Positions 38,309-52,326 of a DNA stretch of 64,000 bases are shown in pieces (positions within the stretch are counted from its first letter, which is position 1; each line of letters begins with the position of its first letter). Below the pieces are notes generated by a model, which was not told where the DNA came from, did no database searches, and saw only the letters and a list, made by a program, of their open reading frames with translations. The position numbers and the translations under genes were made by a program. The stretch is from Trichoplax adhaerens (Eukaryota > Animalia > Placozoa), in NCBI RefSeq assembly GCF_000150275.1, contig NW_002060966.1, positions 653,922-717,921 on the forward strand, read 5' to 3'.

Positions 38309-38975
38309 GATACTTATTAAGCTATCCTACTAAGATATTTCCTCTAAACTTAGGAATGGTACTTTGAACCTTAACAACCTTGAAAGTGATAGATACAATT
38401 TAGTTTGGCTAGCTGGCAATTACTATTTTAATCTATCTAGTCCTAAACTACTGTAAGGTTATCAACTGTTAAACACTAAAGTTCCAATTCAGGAGACCAT
38501 AATACATTTCTTAAACATAGACATATATAGCACGTAACGTAGAAATAAGGTGCAATTCACGAAGTCTGCTTTCGTGAAATATCTCAGTTGTGCTGCAATT
38601 TGACCAATCTTTCGGATATTAAAACTTACGCTCTTAATATTACAACAAGTTTTAAATTCACTCATATAACTAAATCAATTCAATTCATACAGCACCTATC
38701 TAATACTACAATAGCACAATAAACATAGTTATCTGCAAGATAAAATTTATCCTGTAAGCAATGATATAGTAATCAATTTCAATTCAAAATATTATTGTAA
38801 TGCTATAAAGGACTATAACTGCTGTGCCTGACTAAAACTAAAAGATATCCTTAAATTCAGCATTTTATTTTAGCTATAGCTAATTTCAATCCACAGTCGG
38901 TATATGCTGTATGTACATAAAATATACTTAGATCGCAATCTATCTAAAATTTGATCTTGGATATTTTCCATGTAG

Positions 38976-39308
38976 GAGCAACAACTACATATATAATGGT
39001 TGTAAGCAAATGTATTAAAGAAGTTATTGTTAAACATTATTCAGAGATTGCTAAAGACGTCCCCATAGCAGATATATTATATGATTTACGAGCAACAGCA
39101 ATATTGTCTAATGAAGAAGTCAGCAAATTGAGAGATCACTGTAAATCTGACCAAGATCGCGCCTTTAAATTCCTAAAAGTACTAGAATCAAGAAGCGATA
39201 GGAATTTTTATCAATTTTGTACAATATTACAACACAGCGATATTAAAAATGTGCAAAATCTTGGTAACAAACTGGAAAGAGCAGCTACCGCAGTTGTGCA
39301 GAAACAAA
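38976..39308 (+). CDS. CARD exon on the plus strand (inverted module)
   Basis: catgtag|GA...CAA A|gtaagt, internal ATG at about 38996. Translation IKEVIVKHYSEIAKDVPIADILYDLRATAILSNEEVSKLRDHCKSDQDRAFKFLKVLESRSDRNFYQFCTILQ is a typical CARD pattern. Confidence 0.8.
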
Positions 39309-40967
39309 GTAAGTCCATTGCTTGACAACATAAATATTTTGTCAAGACATTAGAAAATTGCCCTTAAGATTTGATTGAAGATTTATATTGTTAGATTTTT
39401 AAATTTAGATTGAAAAAAAATAGTAATGAGTTTTTAGATAGTTCATCTTGGCGTCTAAAAATAATGAATGGCCCTGAATATTCTTTTGTTATCACTGAAT
39501 GATAACTTATAAAATTCAGTACAATTTTGTCTTTCTTAGGCTAAGGATAACTTGTAGCGTTTTTATAATGTTACATTGGGTAATATTAGTTACCCAAATA
39601 TTATACTGAATGCAGTGCGCTGAAAATTATACTATACCGTGGCTATCAAAGACTGTACGTCTTCGTTATTATTAGTCAAGCAAAATAGAATTTATTGCAC
39701 ATATCTAGAAATTTTTATTACAATTTATTGGTATCAAAATAACAGTATAGAATACATCCACAAGCATTATAATCAGTCTTAATCACTTACTGTTTAATTA
39801 AAAATAATTGATCATTACGTCGAACATTTTTTAAAGAAGTTTATACAATTGAATCGATCATTCAGTAAGCTTTTTATTCCTTATTTACGAAATGTAATCT
39901 TAGTTAGTGATGGGAACTGTCATGTGACTTTCCCTGGCTATCAGCAACGATCTGTACGGCGGATTAATAGTTAGAGCGTTATCATCCATAAGAAGACTTT
40001 AATTAAAATATCTAGAAACATTTATAGTAGCAGTATGATATGATTTAATAAAATTTATCGGCGTCAGTTATGCAGCAAAGCATATCAATATTATAATTTC
40101 AAATAATTTTTGCTTGCGCTACAATGCTGCAGCACGGTGTATTAACAGACAATGGTTTCACTTTCGTTTAGAATATAAAATAGTATAAGTTGATCATTGT
40201 AGATGGAGACATAAATACCATAGCCCCTCGTTAAATTGATAACATATGTATGAGGTCAAGACAGAAAGAAATTAAAAGTTGATGTCACATCATTTGAGAA
40301 ATTTAATGGTAAATAGCAGATGATAGATTAAATTTGGATTAGATCTCATAACCTTAGTGTGAAATAGTAATCATTGCACACGATATTGGATTTATAAATG
40401 TTTTATAATAAGTAGTTCATAAATATTACATAACTTAGACTGAGCCATTAAATCAAAGGATAAATTTATCTTTCTCCTAAATTGAAATTTTTTCTTCAGT
40501 GGCTTTTAGTTCAGGTTACTTTTTTAGTTAGTATTAATTGATATTTACTGTCTTGTTTCGGATATAAATGAGAATGAAAGCTTTCAAAAATCAGAAAATA
40601 GCACTGAAAATAAGGTAATTTCATTTCATCCAGGCAATGAGAAAATTAGTGAAGAACAACTTTTACAACAAAGCAAGATCGGGAACAAGCGAAAAAAGAC
40701 CTAGGTAAAAAAATAATGGATCATTTTAGGATAATTCTTAGCAGCTACAACATCGCATTTGCTGATAAGCTATAGTTTATATCGTTGATCTGATCCTTCA
40801 TCAAATTTATTATATCCTATTTACGAAATGTAATCTTAACTCGAACAGATTTAAATAGAATATAATTTATTATTTGCTTCGGAAATTCTTACATTTTTAA
40901 TTTTATTAAATAATTACTGGCATAATGATAACTAATACAAGGCTGTCCAAATGTACTTTTGTTATAG

Positions 40968-41159
40968 GAAGTGAAGACGAAAATGAGTCTGATCAATTTG
41001 ATTCTGCACCTGGTAGTCCTGAAGAGACGAGTAGTAGCGAAAAATTAGAGTCAACATCATCAGTCTTTGCTGATAGAAATAAAAGGAAGCGATATTCCTC
41101 TTATCATTTATCAGAGGCTTTAAGTCCAGCTCACAAGCGATCAAATGACTCTGATAATG
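40968..41159 (+). CDS. Linker exon (type c) of the inverted CARD module
   Basis: ttatag|GA AGT GAA GAC GAA AAT...NKRKR...GAT AAT G|gtaagt, 192 nt, phase 1-1. Confidence 0.65.
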
Positions 41160-41509
41160 GTAAGTGAGTTTGCTAAATACTTTTTTAATGATAGCCCTTA
41201 AAAGTTAGGATATATTTTAGTGTCAAAAATAAATTTAATTTCCATGTTATTTCCATATCTAAATTTATTATATGGAAATAACAAACAATATTTAACGTGC
41301 ACTCTATTAATAGAATAATGGTAGCTCACCGCATTCATTTTTAATTTGGATTAGTATTTTACGTTTATGTCATGGATTATTACTGCAGTTGTAATATAGA
41401 AGCCTTTCTACTGCTGTATGATAAGTGAAGAAATTTACTTTTTCTTTTGTGAGGAAACTAGCTGGTGCTGTCGTTCTCGTACTAAATGTTGCAAATTATG
41501 ATTTGTGAC

Positions 41510-42130
41510 TGTCGTAGTCAGCCCACGACAGGGAGACCTGGGCCTTTGAAGTTGTATGAATGCTAGAGCTACAACAGCCAAGTATGCCCCAACGGGCTAA
41601 GCATATACTAGTCTTAGACTTTTAAAATAGTTTTATTGAGTGAAGGTAGTCTTGCCATCCAAGACTACTCTGACCCCACGGTCAACCGACAACTGAACTC
41701 ACGGTCAATCGACAACTGTCCTGCTAGTGAGAGCGCTGGGCTTTATATACCCTAGCTCGGTTGCACTCGGTGCACAGCTTAGGTAAACAACTCTAAAACA
41801 TACAGCTTTTGTATAGCCGACTGTCTATATAGTTTAGTATGGCAGACGGCGTAAACAACACTAATGAGTTATGAACTAATTAAGGGCCAATTAACAACCA
41901 AAGGCTCAGCACAAAGTAACAGAAATTACTATTGTGTGAATATTACTTATCACCTCTGTAAATACATTGCTCTGCACAGTCTACAACAAGTATAACTAGA
42001 CTACTAATAATGTTACAATTATCCCATAGCTAATAAATAAATGTTATTAACAATTAATAAAATCTTAATTACTAATTACTAATTACTAAGGCTAATGCCA
42101 CAATTAATTGACGGAGTCTATACTCCGTCA
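41510..42130. mobile_element. LTR-like insertion
   Basis: Higher GC than the flanks. Begins TGTCGTAGT and ends ACTCCGTCA (imperfect terminal inverted repeats). Interrupts intron homology with unit 1 and has an internal tandem repeat. No clear TSD. Confidence 0.5.
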
Positions 42131-45097
42131 TAGTCAGTGATTTAACCTCTTTGATTATTCAATTGATCTAACGTTTTAATTCCGACTTCCTGTGTCTATA
42201 GGTAGAATATACTTATGAAATGGGCAAGAATTGCGTCAAATTTTGATAACGTTAATAGCAATGCATAAACCTAACATCCTTACAAAGAAATCTAAATTTA
42301 TGAACTAAATTGTATTAAAAGTAGCTGGAATCAAATAATAGCGTAAACCAAAATGATTGATCAAACCTCCATCGCTATATCAGACATTCTTCTTGAGCAG
42401 TCGAAGGACTAAATAGAAATATAAAATACAGGAAATGATTACATAATTTGACTAAAAATAATTTAGATCAAAATAATAAATCTTAACAATTTATTTATTT
42501 TGCAACTGAAGAAGATAGTGTAAATTAAAGATAGAGCTAAACAGTGTCAGAAAAGCCTTTGTACAGATAAGCTTGCCTACACTCTTTGCTATTGCATATC
42601 TGAAATCAGCAATTTATTCAACATTATAAAATATTATTATTCAAAATATTGGCGATAAGTTTATTTGAATTTGTTATTATATAAATGTACATGTGTTACG
42701 GTTCATCATTACCGTAAATAAAAAAAAAGATATTTATTCATATTTTTTCTAATGTAGAGTTGTGATATGTTAAGTTGTTAATGGATTTTCATTAATGAAT
42801 GTGTGATAAAGATTGTCACACTTGATTAGTGAGTTGTTAAGTAACAAGTCTAGTTGATTTGTTAATTGGAGTAAGAGTGGCAAACACTCAATATTAATTT
42901 ACATATATTTATTCTATACTGACTATCATAAATACTTATATGTTATACAAAATCAAGTATATTGTAAATAGAATTATGCCGATAGAAACTGGCACAGGTA
43001 TATAAGAGCGTGCCTTTAATCATAGAAGGAGTTCTTATATTACATTGCCTAGTAGTATATTCTATCGTTCGAATAAAGAGGATTTATGAAGTTATCTGGA
43101 TATTCTTACTGCTAAATAAGGTCTTATACTGAGCTGGTCGAGTTAGTGAAGCTTATTGGCAACGGTATATTACGGTAGAGCGGTTACGCTAGAAATAATT
43201 AGTTACTTAAGCCACAAATGACGTTAAGACAGCATGTAAAAACACAATAACTGACTGCCCTTATGAAAACACCTAATAAATTACTAACAGTTGCGAAACT
43301 TATGCGTATCCTACTACCATTTCTATACCTTCAGTACTATAGCTACCCCCATCATCATGGTGGTGCATCACACGAACATGCATCACTCTGATCCTTGTAC
43401 TAACGCTTGCTGAAAGCAGCTCACAACGAAGAAATGTTCTATTTATATCTTGATCTAAGATATCTAAATAAGTAATCGGAGTTAACCATAGGAGAGTTCA
43501 TCACAAAGTAAGATGCTGGATAAAGTGCTTTCAATGGTAAAGAGCAAATTGTTAATGGAGCAAGCTACATAGCTAAGAAATTTAATCATATTCTACGAAT
43601 CACCTCTTTAGCTGATCATATAACAGATTTTCAGGTGATTTTACTGTCTTCGACATTATTATTACTTCATTCTCTTTTTCGCTTGTTGCCTTTCCTACTT
43701 TATCGTAACTGTTATTCCCTTTCCCTTTTTCCATTGCCCTAATCACGCATAATATCCCTATTATCAATGCTATTTTCTGATTTCTGGGAGATTCCATGTT
43801 CACCTACGAGTACATATCCGATATAATACAGCAAATATTAAATTAATACTGGCTTCTAAACAAACTTAATTAGGAGGCGTTGAAGAAAAGGGTTTTAATT
43901 TAGAAGAAGGATTAATTTATGCTTTAGTTTAATCGCACAGCCATTACAGAATTATATAAGACCCATTTGTGAGAAAATGTGTTCTTTATTGCGTAGCATA
44001 AATCCTATAAGATTAAAATTAATTATTGGTACTTTAGATCAGCGTGTAAGCTGTTACAAAGGACATTAGCTAAGAAAGTGGAAGAAATAAATAATATAGC
44101 TGCAAAAATAGTCAAAATGCGAAGTTTTTATTAAAATTCAACATTAAAAATTTTATGGAGGTATTTAGGGCACAATAAAACTGTTTGCAAATATCTCTAG
44201 GCAAATAACTTTTGCGCCAAGTTTTGTCTAAGTATAGCCACATAAAGATATTACTTATGTCGCTTTTACAAAGCAGCTCCATTATATACCGTGCATTATC
44301 TTTTTTAAATGCTAAAGCTACTTATTAATCCACAAAAAATAACCGAATAAATTTCAATTTACTGAAAAGAAGAATAAAGCTTGGATTAAGGATGAGTTAT
44401 TTCCTCAAGCTTTCTTGTCAAATTACGTTAACAAAATTAACTGGCGTAACCTGTTAAAGCCTAAATCTAAAAGGCAATTTCGACTGGACATTGCAATCAT
44501 GAACAAAATTAATTACTTACTGTATAAGCCCGTATTCTTGAAACTTTAATGAATTCGTTCGAAATTTTGTCATAAAATCTACTTGCTACTGGTTACAAAA
44601 AATAAAATCTTGAAACTTGCCACAATGTATATTCCGTACACTGAATCCCCTCTGATAATATATTTTCAAAAAATAATTATCATAAAATAATTATGCTTTG
44701 GCATAATTTAAACTTTGTAATAAAAATACGTAAAGTAAACAGACTTTTAAGTAGGTACTGATTTAAACCCTCTATTACTGAAAGTCAAATATACTCAGGT
44801 AGGTACCTTGCAGATAGAATTCTTGTTATCACAGAAACATCTACAAATTCACACAGCTCAACTTAAGTCAACTCTAAATGTTCCCTTTATATAGGAACCA
44901 TTTACCTTGCAAACAACATTGATATTATTATTCTACCTTAATTTCAAGGTAACACGATAACATGTCTGTACCGCTAAGCATTATTACGAGGGCTAGTAAA
45001 TTTGACTTCACTATTCTTTAATTTGGGATTGTTTTAAAATAGTGCTTAAGTGCAGCTCCAAATAAGTTTAAGACTAAGATTAAAAGAAAGCATATAA

Positions 45098-46414
45098 TCA
45101 ACTGCAGTGAACTATAACATCTACGTTATCTTCGCCCTGAATTTTTAGGTCGATCTCTGGAGCTAGATTATACAACTTTATAGCATAATCATATCTTTTC
45201 AGTAAGTGATAGATGTTCCCTATGTCATAGTATGTTCTAGAAATATGAAGATTATTAGGATTTAATATGGCTAACCGAGTTCGTAAGTAGTTCTGATCCA
45301 TAGAAAGGGCTTCAAAATACAGGCTCTGTTTTCAGCACACGTATCCAAGTCAGGCATAGAAAAATGACACATCTAGGCTTTCCTCTCCTAGAGCTTACTG
45401 GCGAATTATTAAGGATTTCTAGTATAGAACTGTTGCTTTCTGATTGCATTGTTAAAAAGCATAAATTTCTGCCATATTGTAATAAGATCAGAAAGAATCA
45501 ACAAAATTCACTCCAACTACAAGCAAGCGGATTTTCTGGGATTTCATAAACATAAATAGGGCTGCATCTAAGCGACATTGAGCCTTATAGACAATACCGA
45601 TATTGTCTAAGCAGTATGCAACATCTGTACTACTTTGGCCAAAGTTGATCAGAGGAATTTGAAGCGATTTTTGATACTTAACAAGAGCTTTGTCAAATTG
45701 ACCTTCCATCTAATGCGAGTACGGTAAGCAATGTAATACTAAGATCTTTCTGCATATAAACTATACTCTTTTAGTAATTTCAACCGCATATCTAATGATT
45801 TTGCAAAGATCTTTCTATCTAGTTTGTATCTTCTTGTAATACTAAGATCTTTCTGCATATAAACTATACTCTTTTAGTAATTTCAACCGCATATCTAATG
45901 ATTTTGCAAAGATCTTTCTATCTAGTTTGTATCTTCTTTGATATGCGATTACTAATCCAATATCATCGTGAGACATGGAAACTAATAAGTTAGTTACTTC
46001 TACTAATTTAAACCAAAAATTAAGCAGTTTTCGCAGCATTTGCAAGGAATGATCATATTCCTTATTTCTCCGATACATAATGCCTAAGTTACGGTAAGCT
46101 TCTACCGTATCCAAGTGATACTCGCCTAAAATCTGAATCAGCATAAAATATGCACTATTACTTATAGTAGTAGATTGATACCAAAGACATTTCAAACCGA
46201 ATAATGGAGCTAAATGACCTAAGCATCTAGCCGTTCGTAAGTCATTCTGTAGTTCTTCAGATAAAATTTTAGTTTGCATACAATAATGCATGGCTTCTTG
46301 GTATTTTCCTAGTTGTGGAGAGATTTTCGATATATCGAGATATATATCGCATGCTAGCAGATGATTTGGATTTGTATTTGATGGACAATCTAAATAGCCA
46401 ATTGTTGCTACCAC
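45098..46414 (-). pseudogene. Kinesin-light-chain/nephrocystin-3-like TPR pseudogene
   Basis: Fragments LGEYHLDTVEAYRNLGIMY, FGQSSTDVAYCLDNIGIVY and HISRTYYDIGNIY in separate ORFs broken by stops and frameshifts. May extend to about 46830. Confidence 0.75.
45732..45937. repeat. Perfect 103-bp tandem duplication
   Basis: tgtaatactaagatctttctgc...tgtatcttct occurs at 45732 and again at 45835. Confidence 0.85.
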
Positions 46415-48067
46415 TTAGAGATATGTCGATAACGCGCCTTGAAAATTTCCTAGACAATCTCTAGCCAAGCTAGCGGATCGAAGCTTTTTCATTCAAGTCA
46501 GATTATTCAAAAAGAAGCAGGATTTTTGCTCGTAGTAATTACCCCTAAGATCAACCGAACTATTCATCTGCATGTTAATTCGTATACATGGTTTACTTAT
46601 TCGTCAGCTATCCCAATTTAGATTTATATATTATTTTCTTCAACAAAATGCTCAGTAACTGAAATGTACACAAGTTTAGTAAATGTAGGGTATCGTAAAT
46701 TTTCTGAATGGGTTACTTATATAGCCTTTAGTGGTGTAGTGATCAAAACTAATTGCTTTTGCACTACGAACATAGCAGTACTATACTTGAATGGCATCAT
46801 CGAATTTTCAATTATGCCTAAAGTAATTGCTCTAGAACTTTAAATTTACTAATGAATTATATAATATAATATAAACACTTACTACAGCAATTAAGTTTTA
46901 AAAGTATCAGTAAACTGGCAGTAACAATCACAGCAGGTGATACGATAATGAATTTCTGTGATGAGAAAATTTGGCAAAATGAGTTAGCATGCACTCTACC
47001 AACTTAAAATCGTACTATATTCCGTGGAATTTCCATGTGTTTCGCTAATTATTGATTAATAAGGCTAAATTAATATGAAGCTTTAATTGCTTAGAAAGAG
47101 ATTTCAGCGCCGTAATAATCAAATAAAGTGCAAAATAAGAAAGTAATTCCATCGTATCGTCTAATGAAAAGCTTATTACCAGCATTATCATTATTCTTTT
47201 CCCCTGCACAAAGGTAACGTCTCTAGTTACATAATGACGCATCCCAATAAAAGTAATGTTTCGTTATAAGAATTCTATGACCAACCTTACTTGCAAAGGG
47301 ATCAAACCACAAATTTTTTAGCTTGTAATGGATTTCAAAAGCCAATATATGATAAATACATAGGCGTAATACCGGTACATAAATGACATACTACACTAAG
47401 GACTAAAAAGTTCAACATCTTACATAGCGTAATGTAGAGTTCGATAAGTCAACGGTGGTAGATTTAATTGCTACGTAGAGAATAACACTAAGATCTTAGT
47501 AGAAGAAAATACTTCATTGTAGACTATAATTGCGTATAATGTGTAGACATGATGAAGCAGCACGTAAACTGCTCGCGAAATAATATGAGAAAATAATAGC
47601 AGTGTGACTATTACAACTAACAAAATCTGTAGTATTATAGCTTAGAGACAGTAGGAGATAAAACACGTACAGAGAACTAAAATTCAGGACTAGACGCAGC
47701 TTTTACTATAAAAGATTACGTAACGATAAATACTTGCAGAAAATAGCAAAGACGGTAAGTGCTATAAATAATAAAATGCAGCAAGCTATATTTGAATATA
47801 TCTGGTAGCTAATAGACTGCAAAGATATCGATATTCAACAATACAGAGCACAAAATGTCTATAAATAAGAGAATACGACAGCTTTAGTACGACCTAAATA
47901 CATAGACATAGAACACCGTAAAGTAGAATGAATTATTACTTTCCAGTTATTTTTAATTTTAGCGTTCACTGTAATACCTATATATTACAGTAGTTTAGCG
48001 CATCAATCATATATTCTCATTGGTCGATGTATTCATAGCATGAGATATTTTTTATATAGACTTTCAA

Positions 48068-48350
48068 TTAATTTTCATCACCAGCAGTAAACTTTTTTTC
48101 CAATTTTTCTATTATATTTCCAAGTTGGCAACTACTTAAGATTTTGATTAAACGATCCAACTTCGCTTTTTTAGGATATCTACCATACCATTCGTCTAAT
48201 AATTTCATGCAATTTGAGAATCTTCCATCCATGCTGTCAATAATATCTTCAACATCTGCTGAATGAAATTCCTACTTATAAGCAAATTGTTTCAACTTCT
48301 TTCTGGTGATAATTCGGCAATAATCTCAAAGCATTCTCTTCTCTTTTCAT
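48068..48350 (-). pseudogene. Death-domain terminal exon, disrupted
   Basis: tttcag|AT GAA..., translating to EKRRECFEIIAE/(frameshift)ITRKKLKQFAYK*EFHSADVEDIIDSMDGRFSNCMKLLDEWYGRYPKKAKLDRLIKILSSCQLGNIIEKLEKKF, which fits the Death-domain pattern. Not in the ORF track. Confidence 0.65.
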
Positions 48351-50300
48351 CTGAAATGCAAATGGGATAGCATTAAGTTATGGAGCGTAACAGTGTTAGA
48401 GTATGAAGTACTACTAAACTGAAATAGCTAGCACACCACATTAGCTATTCTTCTAGATCTCATATCGCAGTTATTGTTATATCAAAATCTATTCTGGGAA
48501 CACACATACTCTGAAATCTAAGCTGGAATAGCATCTGAAATTTTTTTCTTATTTTCCGCACTAAGTCGCTATTTCAAGCTGTGGTGTGCTTTAGAAACTA
48601 CGCGTAATTGAGACGAATTGACTATTATTGCTAATTTACCATCTTATAATGCCATCTTAGTAGCTATTTCTCCTTGCCGAAAAGTATTAGATTCTTGTAT
48701 AATAGGTTCAGTATCTATCAGTTTGTGTTAATAGAAACAGGTCATATACATATGTCGATATGCAATTATAGCAGATATTATAGCATTGTTCTAGTTATAA
48801 CAGAGCTCTAAATTTAATTTTGCGTAAATAAAAGAGAATGAAATCGTACAGATTAAATTACTTCCACAGATTCTATCAATCTGCTGAATTTAAGCAACTT
48901 TGCTTTATCATAACACTATTCTTAATGCATAAATGAGATCTACGTTTAAGCTCTTATCACTACTTGATCAATAGCGACGGTATTAACGAAATGATATAGT
49001 ATAATTACGATAGTCCGTTAACTATTTTAAATTATATTTTTTTAGTATTGTCATGCAATTGTAAGTCACAAATTATAGAAATCTAGTAAGAATTCGGTAT
49101 AGGACATAATACGTATCTGATAAATGAATTACAAGAGAGTACTTTTCTAAGAATTTAGTAACATTAGTTAAAAGCCATCAACGACGAATCAAAGACCATA
49201 CCAATTTTTCCGTAAGACTCTACCTACAAATTAATCACCTTGTTTGTCAGATTCTTTTCTTATCTTATATTCTAGATTTACTTGTAGTGATTGAACTAAA
49301 TAATCAATATTTTATCAAACGGAATTCTTTAATACAGCTAATCGCGATTTTCCATTAGCGAATGCGGTACATGATATAGTATTAATTTGATAAACGTAAT
49401 TATCCCTTAGATATATGATCGTAGTTCAATAATTACAAGGAATAACATATAAGTCATGAAATTTTTTGTGTAAACCTGACTAAGTCGCCTATTGACCAAA
49501 TAGAACAGAATTTTCTTATTATCAATGTTATTTTGTGATCTTAAAAGCCTCTGTACTCATTTATAGGCGAATAATATAGCAAATATTAAATAAATATAAA
49601 CTTCAAAAGTAAACTGAAAAAGAAGCCTCTGAAAAATGATTTTTAATATTGTAGAAAGATAAATTTATGCTTTAGCTCAGTCGCTCAACTTAAGTTTTAC
49701 GATGTTTACTTGCTCATCATAAAGCATTTATCAGCTAATATCCTATAGAAAGATTATAATTTCGCATTACAGTTATAAGATCTAATCCAAATTTAATCTA
49801 TAGATTGCCATTTATTTTTAAGTATCTCCAATGCTTGACAGCGACTTAGATTTCTTACCGTAGTGTCTTAATCCCTTGTATGAATTATCTATTTCACTAA
49901 GGACTGCAGTATTTGCATCTATCCTTGCGAAGATCAACTTATACTATTTTATATTCTACACGATAGTACAATCATCATTATTAATACTTGAAACAATTAC
50001 GACATAGCGCATACAGATTTGTTTGAAATTGTAATGTTGATATCCTTAAAGGTACTGCAAAAGTAACAAAGCTAATTTTATTAGATAATATAGTACAAGA
50101 TTAACGTAACATATCGTAAAGTTACAGTAAATAGCAGAATAAAAACGGAAATTAAACTTGCTTTTCGTCGAAGTTATGCTATAATAATGCTACAGTATGG
50201 TACTTTCCGGAAACAGGAAATAGTTTTGACGTCACAATTGATATCATTTAAAAATTGTAACGTTCATACTAGGTCATTACAACGAATATGAAGGACTTAC

Positions 50301-50684
50301 TGGGAAGTAAATTTTGATCTTTCTCGACATCAATGTTACATTCTTGGATTTTTCTTGACTTTTCTTTAATTTCATCTGCCATATGTTTCATTTTTTCTCC
50401 CAATTTTTGTAATGAATTCAAAGAATGCCTTGCTAATAGATCGCAAACCTTATAAATATCTCGATCACTACAACCTAAAAGGATATCCAACAAAGCTGCA
50501 GAACGTTCAGCTTTTATTTGTTGTCCATTCATAAAATCAATATCTTCAGGCATTAAGATACCCATTCGTAGCAAAAAATGCTTAATATGATCATATGGCT
50601 CCGCGCTCTTAAAGTCTTGACGATAATGCCATAACACTTTACGTATATTGTCGCTTAAAGCTGGCAGACTTTGTGAATCTAAAG
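50301..50684 (-). CDS. CARD exon, unit 3, phase 1-1
   Basis: ttctag|CT TTA GAT...CTT CCC A|gtaagt, 384 nt. Translation IRKVLWHYRQDFKSAEPYDHIKHFLLRMGILMPEDIDFMNGQQIKAERSAALLDILLGCSDRDIYKVCDLL. Confidence 0.75.
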
Positions 50685-51104
50685 CTAGAAACGTTCAAAT
50701 AGACCCATAAGATAAATCTTGATCATGCTTACTATGCTTATAATATTGTAGATGTAATATATTTGGATTTCACCAACAACATGCTTCTTTTTAGCAACTG
50801 TGGTAATGTTGAAAACGAGAACATAAAACGTGAAACATAATTTAATCTACATGTATAACAATAGCATTAATAAATCCACAAGGTATATAGCTATAGAAAT
50901 AAAGGTAATATCTTATCTAAACAGAAAATTTGATGAAATAAAGTACCGCTATTCTGTTAACAGAATGGATGTTTAATTTCTTTGTTACTTCAACAACATA
51001 AACTAAAATAATGGAATAGCAACGGAAATTAAACTTATTCTCCCGACAATAAAACGTATCCTATTCAGGACGGCAATTAAAACTTATTTAGTAAACTCAC
51101 TAAC

Positions 51105-51254
51105 CATTTGTGTAATCTAATTGCTTGCTAGCTGCCTTGGAACGTTTTCTTTTAATTCCAGAAACTGGTGACATTAGCTCTGAATATTCGCGGCTATTAT
51201 GCATTGAAGGCATATCAGCAACAGTTTCGCAGTCAGACTCATTTTCGTCTTCTT
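51105..51254 (-). CDS. Linker exon (type c), unit 3
   Basis: ttatag|AA GAA GAC GAA AAT...GIKRKRSK...ACA AAT G|gttagt, 150 nt open. Confidence 0.6.
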
Positions 51255-52326
51255 CTATAATACAAGTACATTTGAACTTTATTATATTATCATTACAATC
51301 GTAATTGTTATATAAAATTGAAGATGGAAGAATTCCTAAACTAGAACTTTATTTCTGAAAGCAAACGATAAATAATTAATAAAAGCGTCAGTTTTAAGGT
51401 TACATCGTATGTTGGACATTACAAGGTTGCTGAAAGATCAGATCAACTGTATGAACTTTAGTTTATCAATAAATGCGACACTATAACTACGAAGAATTAT
51501 CCAAAAATGATTCATAATTTTTTACCTCGCTCTCGTTTTCGCCGGTCCTCTATCCGACTTTGTGGTAAGTATTGCTCTCCATTAATTTTTCTCATTGCCT
51601 GAATTGAACAGAAAGATCTAATTATCAATGTTATTTGTTGATTCTCGGAAGATTTTATACTCATCTATATTTGAAATAATATTGCAAATATGAATCAATC
51701 TTAACCTCCGAAACAGACTGAACTAAAAGCTATGAAGAAAAATATTTAAATTTTGGAGTAGAATAAATTTATACTTTACTTTAATAACCCTGTTTACGTT
51801 GTACAATATTTATTAATTGCTCATCGTAAAATATTTATAAATCAATATTGCATGCAAAAGCTACTATTTCACATTAAAGTTATAAAATCTTATAACAAAT
51901 ATAATCTATCAATTATCACTTATTATGAGGTATCTAAAATAATGTAAGAGCTACTCTGATTCCTTTACTATCTTAATTCCATCCATGAATTATTTGTTTA
52001 ATTAAAGACTAAATTATTTATGTCTATCTTTGCAATGATCAACTTATATTATTTAATATTCTAAACGATAGTATAATCATGAACTTTTAATTCTACACAT
52101 TTAACACTATATCGTATTCAAAAACTGTTTAAAATTATAATATTAATATCTTTTACTATGTAACTAATGGTGCTAAATTTTATTAGATCATCTCATACTG
52201 CTACTATAAAAGTTCCTTGATTCTCTAATCGTATTTCTATTGATGAAATAACGTCATGATTACCAATTGTCATATAGTTAGTTACTTATAGCCAGAGAAA
52301 ATCGCTTAACAATCTCAATTACTAAA

